A DNA stretch of 64,000 nt from Takakia lepidozioides (taxonomy: Eukaryota; Plantae; Bryophyta). Each line of letters starts with the position of its first letter. Position 1 is the stretch's first letter. Below are positions 12,961 to 23,457 of this stretch, piece by piece. Below the pieces are notes generated by a model that did not search any database, was not told the DNA's origin, and worked only from the letters and a program-made list of their open reading frames with translations. Position numbers and translations under genes: made by a program. The stretch spans positions 45,818,001-45,882,000 of the forward strand of contig CM060731.1 of the NCBI GenBank assembly GCA_030704615.1, written 5' to 3'.

Positions 12961-14800
12961 AGTGTCGAGTAAGAGAGAGCATCGTGAATGGCCATGAGTT
13001 CAGCCTTGAGGATGGTGGCAGGTCCAGGAGCCTGAGGCAACGCCTTGACCGGTGTTGGCGTGATAGATACCGTACCCTGCATTAGGTTTGGTGAGGGATC
13101 CGTCGGTGTAGTGTGAGTTGGCCGGTGGGTATTTGGGGATGGTGTTTGGTTGATATATTGCGGGGATTGGAGGGGGAGGCGTTGTTGGCGCGACATGTGT
13201 GGGGGGGGGGGGGGTGGGTATCGCAACGTTCCAAACTTTGTTTGTTCTAATCCGGGGCAGTGTGACGGGTGCGTGGGTGTGAGGGAGGGCAGTTGGGTGA
13301 TGGATGGTGGCCTTTAGTTTATGGGTTTTGGTTAGTAATTGTTCTAGTTGATGGAAGAAATGTGTCGGTATGTCTGCATGAAGGGGGTTTTGGACATGTA
13401 GCATCAGGGTAAGGCTGGGTTCTTTCCGTTTGAGGTATTTGGGGAGAGGAGGGGTGTGAATATATTTAAGTTGGTTTGGGTCAATTGTGGCAAGTAAGTT
13501 AATCCCTTCTGGGAGTCGTAGGAGAGGGTGAGAGGTGCTCGGTGTGATTTGGTGTGTGACGATGAGGATTGTGGACGCAGAAGGAGAGGAGTGCGTAGCA
13601 AGTTTTGCCCATTGAAGAGCTTCGTAAGCAAGAGGGCCAGGAGGGTGGGCAAGGCCCCGACTTTCCCAAGTGTGCTGGGTGGCAGTGGCTCCAAAGATAC
13701 AGTCTCTGTGGTGTGGGCTAGAAAATGTGTGCAATGTCATTGGGCATGTCAGTGGGTTGGAGTAGTATGAGTGAGTAAGCTGGAATGTATTGATAATTAA
13801 GGTGAGAATATCTTGGGGTATGGTATGGTGTGCACATGCTGTTTCCAATCTAGTGAGGGACCGGGGTTTCTTGGGGGGAGTGTCTTTGAGGTAGCGGTCA
13901 ACCAGCCAATATAATTCGGTAGCAAAGTCTTGTTTCGGGGGTTGTAGCGATTGTGGAGATGAGTTTGCAGCAGAGTATTTCTCCCACAACCATGTTAATC
14001 GTGTATTAGGAATGAGTCCAATGAAATGGCCATGTTGAAGAGGCGGGGGCCCATGCGGATGAGTGGTTGATCATGCTTGACATCTTTGTCGGGATTACAT
14101 TCAGTTATGCAGATATGTACGTTGAGAGCATAGATGGGTTGGTGTATGTATCTGTTATCTGTAGGTTGGGTGGGAGTGGCGTGTTGTTGGTGGGTGTGTG
14201 TTAGATAATCGGTGTTAGCATTTTTGTGGAAGGTGGTGAGTAGGGCAAGATTGTGTTCGGGGTCGCAATCGTCATGTGGGCCGAATAGGTCATCTTCTAT
14301 CTGCCATCTCTTGTCTGATGAGGAGTATCCAGCCCATTCACAGTGATAGTATGTATCAATGCAGGTGGCCCCAAAGGCATCAATGGACATTTGGGTTTTA
14401 ACTCCTAGTATGGCTTCAATGATGTAAGTATTCTTATTGTCGTCACTAAGTGGTGAGGATGGGGGGGACAGTGCGGTGGTTAGTTGGGAGGGGGTGGGGG
14501 AGCCTTGCATACTAGGTGATGGAGTGAATGGCGTAAGAAGGTTGTGGTTAGGTTCGGGAGGGTGTGTATTAGGTACTTGATATGGGGGATCGGGTTGTGT
14601 GTCTGTAGGAGTATTGGTGGTATATGCCGTTTTGAGTGTTTGATAGATGGAGGCAATAGGGGAAGATCGGTACTGGGGGAGCAGGTCTTGGGCCGTATGT
14701 GGATAATAGAGGCAAGGAAGATCACATTGGAGAGTGCAGGCTATTGAGGGATGACAAAAGAGGGTGCGAAGGTGGTGTAGGCAACGATTGGTTTTGGCCG
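11785..14800 (-). mobile_element. Dualen/RandI-like non-LTR retrotransposon, 3' portion (chromo-like, MTase-like, RNase H, CCHC finger, restriction-like endonuclease), frameshifted
   Basis: RNase H: YTDGS..AEL..FTGS..KVRSHTGIHGNEEAD. Zinc finger: CPLC..DTWPHLLSQC, then RHN. RLE: PDILL..IHFIEFTFC..KRQKY. Confidence 0.75.
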
Positions 14801-17073
14801 TCGACTGTACAATGGCTTCGATACCATCATTTGTATGAAGAGGGTTGCGTACGTCGATCGGTCCTGGCAGTACATCACCCCTAAGCTCCATTGAGGCACT
14901 ACCGGTGGCTTCAGCGTGTAGTGGGGGGCGAGGGTCGACCCCAACTTCATTTTGAGGACCATGTTCTGGGGATGACACAATTGTAGCTTCACCTTCATCT
15001 GCGATACGCATTTCTTCAAGAAGGTCATCAAAGGTCGGCTGGATATAAGCATCATCCTCTGTGAATGTAAACGGGTCATACACATTTTCGGGAGCATTAT
15101 CAGATCCATCTTCACTATCGGAGGCAGATGATTCCCCTCTGAGATGATTCTCTCTGAGACTCAGTATCGTCACTCATCGAATCAGCCTCAGAAGCAGAGT
15201 CTTCGGAAGCAAATTCATCTCATACCATGCTGCAGCATCATCCGCTGCCCTCTCACGTAGCAGTCGGCAATTGGTATACACATACACCAATTTGTCAGCC
15301 CTCGCGGGATTCAACCTGTTGCGAATTTTGTTGTGAACAAATGAGTAACTGCTCCAATTGCGTTTGCAAGATGAGGCAGAACACATTTGAGCAAGAATAC
15401 GATTCGCAATGGGAGCCAATGTTCTTGCTCCAGCTCCAGCTCCAATCAAATCCCACCATTCATGTGGCAACATATTGAGTTCTTTTGGATCCGACATGTC
15501 CTCAAAAGGGTCGCGACGATCTCAGAAGCATTGGTACTCGGATATAGCTCTCTCTGCATGGTTCAGTGAAGCCAGTTGCATGAGAACTCGCACGAGGCCG
15601 GCCTTGGCATCAGCGTCGTCTCGGAGCATGATATTGTCGAGCAAGAATGGAATGTGTAAAGCCCCCGCATAATGCAAGTCCGTTCGAACCATCGAATGAC
15701 GGTCGTAAAATGCATCCTCAGCACTGTCTGCAAGTTCAGGTTCCAAGGAGAAGGGAGGATGCCTCAAGGATTGGACGTGCTTCTTAAGATTTTGCATTAG
15801 TAACCATGCCTTGCCCATTACTAGTTGTTTTCCATCAAACTCCCGCTTGGCTTTTCTGGAGTTCCGCAATGTCCGTGTGTACGCATCCCATTGAGGATCG
15901 ATGATGGTGTACTCCAGACTGTTCTTCACCGTCACTAACCGATCCACCATCAAGAACTTAGTGGCAAAACGAGTTTCGCCTGGATTGTGGAGGCTGTATT
16001 TGGGTTCGTGCCTTCTATATATTGCCAAAAGGATGTGGTGTATGCGGATGAACGACACAACAGTCTTCGCTCGCTTGACAAGTTGTTTCACCCACAGTTC
16101 TTTTCCCCAATCTTCCAAAAGGAGGTCAAGGATATGAGCAGCACAACCTTGATAGTACATATGAGGATAACGTGCCAACAACATGTCTGTAGTGTTTATC
16201 ATGTTAGCGGCATTGTCTGTGCATATTTGCACGATTATATCACTTCCGACCTGTTCGATGAAGTCCGTCAATAGTTGACATTGATAACGTCCATATTTCT
16301 TCTCGCCGCTAGTGTCGACCGATCCCAAGAATTGTTCCCCAGCTAGACATACTAGCATGACATTGAACAACGGTCTGTTTGTAACAGAACTCCAACCATC
16401 GGCACATATAGTGCTTCCATATTTTTTGATGCACTCGCTCGTCCTATCGTTGACCTTTTGGGTAAGCTCGGTCATGACGTCTTCTAGCAATCATGTGCGG
16501 AGATTGTGATAAGTCGGAGGCACGTACGTGGATCTGGACTCCGAGGTTGCTCTAACGGCAGAAACAAATGCCGGAAGCCTTGCCACATTAAATGGTATGT
16601 TGGCCTCGAAGCCAACTGTCTTTTCGCAAACAAGTTAGACTTTCCTGTAGGGATTGCTGCCGTAATCCTCTACTCCGTTGAAGTGTAGGGATACAAAGAG
16701 GTGTTGAAACAGGTGTTGCTCCGACACAACCCACTTGTCCAATGACACCCGAAGCCTCACAAAAGTCGCCCTGGGTACTAATCGGGGCATCCTGACGGGA
16801 AGATGAAGTGTTTTGCTCAGATGTCATGTCCAGAACCAAAGACATTGGAATATTGCCTCCACACTGGGCAAAATGGTTTTTTACCCGCATAGATGCTTTG
16901 GGGCATAAACCCATCCCAGTGCTCTTCACACCTTTATAGCCGAGGTGAGCGAACAACCGATCCTTACGATAAGAAAGCTTTAATCCACATAGGTTGCATT
17001 CAACACTACCAGTTGCACTGACAATGTTCGGGATTGCCGTATACCAATGGCTCCAATCCTCCCTCATCTTCAC
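14800..17073 (-). pseudogene. hAT transposase (BED finger, DUF659, hATC dimerization), frameshifted
   Basis: CNLC..RLFAHL..C; DGWSSV..PLFN..DNAANM..CAAHILDLLLED..TRF; WW..SASSCKRNWS..KIRNRL..KLVYV; acidic tail. Confidence 0.9.
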
Positions 17074-17419
17074 CCAATATCCACTCCCCTGGGACCTAGC
17101 GATGCAAGCAACAAAAAACAGTCACCTATAAATGAACGTGTTGTGAATGTAGAGTACAATGCGATAGCCCAACACTTCTACACCTGTCAGCAATCCAAGT
17201 GGGTCGATATGGGTTGTAGTGTTGAGCTTATACACAATCTGCAAAAATGGCTTTGGTGGAAGCCACAACGGCACAAGATGCGCACCCTCCTCTTGGGCTA
17301 CACTCTTGTTCAATGGAAGAGAACATCCAAAGCAACCTCAAGTGTTTGTGCCAAAAGAAGTGAGGAGCTTGGTGATCCAAGAGGGATGAAAGTGAAATGA
17401 AAGTGAAATGAATAAATGA

Positions 17420-18100
17420 CGAACCAATAGCGCCCACCCGAAAAAGGCTGTACAACCATATTTGTTGTAATTTTGAAATTAAGCGACCGCTAATACTACG
17501 GTCGCTATTTTTATTTTTTGTGAAAAACAAGCGACCGCCACTACTGCGGTCGCTTTTATTTCCTTTCATTTTGTATAATATTGCGGTCACTTCTATTTTG
17601 TATATTTTTAAATTTAAGTGACCGCCAGTATGGCGGTCGCTATTGTTTTTTATTTCAAAATATAATGCGACTGCCGGTATGGCGGTCGCTTCATTTATTA
17701 ATATATTTAAAATAAAGCGACCGCCAATATGGTGGTCACTTTTATTTTAATATTTAAAAAAAAAACGCGACTGCCAGTAAGGCGGTCGCTTTTAATCTTT
17801 ATATTTTGAAGTTTAAGCGACCTCCAGGCTGACGGTCGCTTAAACTTGATATATATTTTAAAATTGACGCGACCGCCGGTCTGGTGGTTGCAAATATTGT
17901 ATTTTTTTTAAAACAAGCGACCACCGGTGTGGCGGTCGCTTTTATTTTCATATGTCGCTTGTTTTTTTAATATAATTTTAAATTTATCGACCGCAATATG
18001 GCAGTCATTTGTTTTTCTATATATTTTTTAAATTAAGCGACTGCCCAATGGCGGTCGTTGTTTTTTTTATATTTTTGAAATTATCCGACCGCCAATACAG
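17420..18100. repeat. Array of palindromic AAGCGACCGCCA-N3-TGGCGGTCGC motifs with T-rich spacers
   Basis: About 13 copies at ~50-bp periodicity (e.g. 17618, 17667, 17716, 17767, 17816, 17868, 17917). Confidence 0.85.
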
Positions 18101-20510
18101 CAGTTGCATGGATTGCGATTCAATCCATCCGCATCCCTATTGACCAAACCCGGTCGATGCACAATCTGAAAGTCATACTCCTGGAGTATAAGTGCCTACC
18201 GTGCAAGCTTCCCCTTAAGCTTGTTTGACTCCATCAACCACTTGAGTGGTTGGTGATCCATGACAAGGGTGAAGAGATTGTCGTATAGATAGCACCTGAA
18301 GTGTGCCACGGCCCACATTGCAGTTAAGCACTCCCCCTCATATAGCTTAGACTCTGCAGTGTTGTTCGAGCGGCTAGCATAAGCCACTGCGAACTCTCTT
18401 CCCTCATCATCCACCTGTGTGAGCACCGCTCCAAGCCCCAGCATGCTCCAATCTGTATGCAGCTGAAAGGGATGCCCCCTGATAGGTCGTCTCAGGATAG
18501 GCGCTGAGGTCAACCTCGCCTTGAGCTCTTGAAAAGCTCGTTCTTGCTCATCTTCCCACTGCCACTCCTGGTCTACCTTGGTCAGCTTGGTTAGAGCCTT
18601 TGCAATAGCACTAAATCCCTTGATAAACCGTCTATAGTAGTTTTGTCAACCTTATGAAAGCTCGAACTCGGCTCACATCCGTAGGGCATGGAATCTGTGC
18701 GATGGCCTCTTCCTTAGTCTGCTAGACCCCCAATCCTCCAAGATATATCATGTGGCCCAGATACTCAATCTGGTTGTGGAAGAACTTGCACTTCTCCGGA
18801 TGTAATTTCAATCCGTGCGCTCTCAAGCGCTCAAACACCACCTAAAGGTGTCTCTCGTGCTCCTCCACCGTAGCACTAAAGATGATGATGTCATTTATAT
18901 AGCACCGAGCAAAGTCCACCCCTGCTAGAATCATGTCCATGACTCTCTGGAACTCTGCAAGAGCGTTCTTAAGCCCGAATGGTAAGAACCGCCACTGATA
19001 TAGGCAATCCTTCCCGTGCTCATTGATCCCCCAGAATGTCGTCTTCTGCTTGTCCGCCTCCTTGATCGGCAACTGGTGATATCCGGACCGCAAGTCCAAA
19101 GTGCTAAAGACTTTGGCATGCCCGATGGCATCAAAGATCTCCTTCGGTGTGGGCATGGCATGTTTATCAGAATTGGTCTGACGATTTACAGACTGGTAGT
19201 CACCGCACATACGTCTCTCCGTCCAATTGCCATAGACATCCTTCTTGGCTGGCATCACCGTGCCTGAAGCATACTCTCTACCAGAGAGCTCGACCAAACC
19301 AGCCTCCCAGAGATCTTGAGTCCTCATCTGAATCAAAGACCTCTCCATGTCAAGTTGTATCTATAGGGTCTCCGAAAGATTGGCGTGTTTGTGGCCAACT
19401 CAATACGAATCTCCTGATCATTCAGTGTTCTCAAATCCTTCAAACTGAAGGCAAAGCAATTTATGTAAGCCCTCAGGAACCGCCGTATATGTCGTCTCTC
19501 TCCTCCAGTGATAATTGGTCCAATGTCAGACTCCCAATTGTCATCCGTAACTGCAATCTTACGTCCAGCAGACTTAGAGGTAGAGGACACGTCCCCTGGT
19601 TGCTATGCCGCAACCTCTTGAGCAGTACTCCCTGCCTGCTCAGTCAATGACAAGGCCTCATCCTGCCCCATCATCTCATCATTGAGGACCTCCTCAACCC
19701 GAGAAGCATCCCCAACCTCATCCATCATAGTCGCCTTGGCTGCCAACTCCCTCTGAATCTCGAGCACCTCCCACGTGTGCCATGGATGTCTGCATCCTGT
19801 GGTCCTCACCGGCTCGCCCCCACTCACTGCCTGTACCATCTCGATAGGCAGAGAGACCGTCAAGGGAAGTGCACTCCGCACTCTACGTTGCTCAGCCATA
19901 GCCAAGCTGATAATCCAGGTTAAGCAATGGAGATCCATCGCTTGCCCCAACACCTGAGTATCCCACAGGAGGCCAGGTCCACTATCCCGGAAAACATGTG
20001 ATCATGGGAAGCTGAGCAGTGTATGTAATGCTGCTCGTGGTTGACCCCCCTTATTGACCACTGCCAAAGGCGAACGGTCATCGTGTCTCACACACTGAGA
20101 CTGCCATTCTGTGTCCAAAATGTTATCCACTGTGATGTGTGAGCCGCTGCACCCCATCAAATGCACGCTGTGCGAGTGGCTTCAAGTTAGTCCACCATAG
20201 CCGTGGACGATGAGCCCGTGACCCCACTGTAGCTGCATCCAACAACACTGCTGACCCAAGGCACGACCGGACTTGATGCACACTGGCCATCACCCTGGCC
20301 CAAGAATCGCCCATCAATAGCACATTCTCCAAGGTGTATGTTAGAGATACAGCTTGATGAAGCTGTAAGTGGCGCAAAACCCGCACCATCTCCCAAAACA
20401 GACCCGACCTTGAGTCTCGCAGTCCATTGCCATGCCCGACTGATAAATGCCCTTGGCAGGGCCAACCTGCCACTACCAGATCAATGGAGCCAACCCGCTC
20501 CAAATCCTGC
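18100..20510 (-). mobile_element. Degenerate Ty3/gypsy pol fragment: C5-DNA methyltransferase - RT - RNase H
   Basis: MTase motifs AGWPCQG, LENV, RPRLWWTNL and LGQAM (19900-20510). RT: [28 protein letters not shown]. RNase H: LHTDWS..YASRS..ECL..DHQPL..LQEYDFQIVHRPG..DADGL. Confidence 0.85.
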
Positions 20511-20870
20511 TAACACTTGGTGAGCATCTATGATATAGCCTATATATGTCTATAGCCTATTATACCCATGCTGAGCATATCCTGTTAACATTGCACTCCA
20601 AGAGACAACATCTTGTTGAGCCATATTGTCAAACACTTGACGCGCATCCTTTAGGCTGCCACACTTTGCATACATATCCACAAGGGTAGTCTCGAGAATG
20701 AAATCTGGTATAATCCCACCTTTGATGATATTAGCATGTACCTTTTTGCCTTTTTCCAGGGTTCCCAGGCTGGCACATGCATTACTAGGGTAAATCCTGC
20801 CAACATTATATTCCACGTGATCAAAGATCATTGAGGCATTCTGTTGAACACTTGGTGAGCATACATGATG

Positions 20871-21594
20871 TGTCGCGGCCCTTTGCCTTGAGGGCAGGGG
20901 GTCGGGACACATGAGGGGCTGCCCCTGTGGTGGGGGCAGCGGCAGCGATAGGTATGGGGGGCTGAAGCACCCTTGAGTGCCCAAGGCACTCAAGGAGGCG
21001 GAGGCGCTCACTAGGTGGAGCCCCGCACACCGGGTTGCGGTGGAGGTGGCTCCACAAGGGGTGGTGGTAGCTTAGTGGGACTTAGTGGGGGTGGCATAGG
21101 ACTCACCATGGGGTGGAGACCTCGAGGTGGGAGTCGTGGGGAGTCTTGGGACTCATCACGGTCCATTGGGGCCGCGGTGAGTGGGCCAAGACTCACCGCG
21201 ACTCACCACCGGGAGTCGAGGGTTTTCGTGGTGGTTCGCCATAAAATGGCATGGCTGGTTATGAAACCCCCGCGGACAGCTACAGAAGTATATATAGGGA
21301 GTAGTAACCCCGAGAACGGTGCAAGCCCGTTGGTGACCAAAAACTAGTGAGTAAGCGAGCGAGCCGGAAAGCGACCAAAGAGTGGGGAGCTGTTCCGGAC
21401 TGCCATCTACCAAAGGGAATTCTCCTAGTCCCAAATAGGTGGAGGGTTTAGAGGGAAGCGGAAGGGGACCGTTATGTCCCGGTGAGCAGCCGAAACTCCA
21501 AGTTGGCCCGGCGGCCAGGTTGGGAGTCAGGCGCGCGCATCAAAGCGAGTAACTATGACTTGAAGGGGAGTTTACCGAACTGAGGTGTGCGACA
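20871..21594 (+). repeat. 5' LTR (724 bp)
   Basis: TG...CA ends with a 6-bp terminal inverted repeat; TATATA box-like sequence at ~21289. Confidence 0.95.
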
Positions 21595-21596
21595 CT

Positions 21597-21608
21597 TGGT
21601 ATCAGAGC
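21597..21608 (+). promoter_or_regulatory. Primer binding site, tRNA-iMet
   Basis: TGGTATCAGAGC 2 nt after the 5' LTR. Confidence 0.95.
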
Positions 21609-21649
21609 TTAGAGTTCAGTACGTGATCGTCCTTGGGATTGGCCTCATC

Positions 21650-23457
21650 ATGGGGTCGGGCAAGCCGAAGCGAAAGCGGAACGGCCCAAAAGATGATGAT
21701 CCCGGTGAGCCCGATGGGGGCGACGTGTCACCGAGGCGGCCGTTTGAGGAAGCGATTAATGTTTCCGAAAACGAGGCCGCTCAGGAGCGGGAGGAATCCG
21801 AGAGGTCGGAGCCCAAGGAATCTTTGAGAGCTCCGACAAACCAAGAGATGCCTCCCATGCCGGCAGCCTTTTGGGAAGGGTTGTTGGCGCAGTTTGGCGG
21901 GACGTTGAAAGACGTTTGAAGGCGGCTAATGCCACTTCCACCAAGGCAAAGTTTAAGGTGAAGCCTAAGGAACCCGGCACCTTCGAGGGCGTTCGAAACC
22001 GGAAGGCACTCAACACCTGGCTCCTGGAGCTAGAGCAGTACTTCCGGGCGGCCAAGTTGAGTGACGAGGATCGGGTGGAAGTGGCTCCCACCTATTTGAG
22101 GGGCTATGCTCAACAATGGTGGCAGAAACGCCTTCACGACCGAGGCCCAAGCCCGGAAACCTTGAACTGGAGTGAGTTCAAGGAATTGATGAAGAGACAG
22201 TTTGTGCCCCTCAACGCATCCTGGCTTGCCCGGGACAAGATGAGGAATTTGAAGCAAACAGATGACATTCGGGGGTATGTCCAGGCTTTCAATGTGCTGT
22301 TGCTCGAAGTCGCGGACATGGCAGAACCAGAAATGGTCTTCAACTTTGTGGCGGGACTGGCCCCATGGGCTAGGCGGAAGTTGGAGGAGAAGCCACCCAA
22401 GACTTTGAACGAGGCAATTGAGAGAGCTGAATGTTTCTCGGATGTCCCTAGGGGTGAGAGACAAGGCCGTACGGAGCTGAACCACAAGAAGACCCGGCGG
22501 GAAGGTGACTCCTCCCGACCGGAAAAGAAGTGGGATAGGCCACGCGGCGAAAATGGCACGTGGAAATCGAAGGGAGGTCCTTCACACGTCAAGGCGGCAC
22601 CCGGTGCTTCGAAAGGAAAAGCGGGTGGAGCGACTTATGGCGGACAGAAGGCGACCTTTGATGGAGTGTGTTTCAATTGCGGGGAGCCCGGGCACATGGC
22701 CAAGAAGTGCACGAAGCCCCGGCAATTGAACATGACTCGGGCGACCACAGAGCTGTCGGAAGATACCATCAGTCGCTTGGTGGAAGCGGTGGTCGCCAGG
22801 ACTTGCAAGGTAGGCAAATTTTCTTGTGAGTTGTATCAGGAAACTGGCGCCTTACGAAAAGGGAGTCAGTTATTGTTCGTGGATGGGATAATAACCGGAA
22901 CTAATGTGTCGTTGTTGGTGGACACAGGAGCGTCGCACTCCTTCATGACGCCGGCGGCGGCGCGAAAGTTGGGACTCCCGACAAGTGACGTGGGGGCCTC
23001 TATTGAGGTGCGCTCTGCCAAAAGAGAACCTCAGTTGGCGACAAGGTTGGCGTTTGATGTTCCTCTTCAACTGGGGAGTTGGGAGGGACGTGAGAACTTC
23101 ACTATCTGCGAGATCGATGGAGTGGATCTCATTTTGGGAATGACCTTTTTGAGCAAATCCGGAGTGGTCATAGATGGCCGCAAGAGAGTAGTCACGCTGC
23201 CATGTGGGAATGGTGGCGAGGTTTTACGAGTGTCGGAAACGCCCAAATCCGTGGGAGGGCGAATAAACCTTCTATCAGCAAAGGAGTGGGCCGTGGAGGA
23301 GACACACGAGTCCCAGTTTTTGCTTTACATTAGAGAAGTGAAAGGAGAAGGCGATGGGGAGCCGAGCCCAGATTGGATCAAAGGGATTTTGGGAGAAATA
23401 CCAGGATGTGATGCCGGAGGATTTACCAAGCGGCTTGCCACCGCGAAGAGGAGTTGA
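21650..23457 (+). CDS. Gag + aspartic protease (frameshift near 21915)
   Basis: ATG at 21650; retrotrans-gag PGTFEG..WL..QYF; zinc knuckle [14 protein letters not shown]; protease [16 protein letters not shown]. Confidence 0.85.

Noticed and set aside
13995-15173. 392-aa ORF as a single gene
   Set aside because: Chance in-frame fusion of the hAT acidic tail with the LINE segment.
7390-18100. CRISPR-like appearance of the two palindrome/spacer arrays
   Set aside because: Eukaryotic context, degenerate repeats, low-complexity A/T spacers and no cas genes.
18121-18139. TAGGGATG on the minus strand resembling an Ac-type hAT TIR upstream of the hAT transposase
   Set aside because: It is coding sequence of the gypsy RNase H end (VNRDADGLNRNP).
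23354-23457. Programmed gag-pol frameshift
   Set aside because: The shift lies between protease and RT, and one G deletion restores a normal reading, so an indel is more parsimonious.
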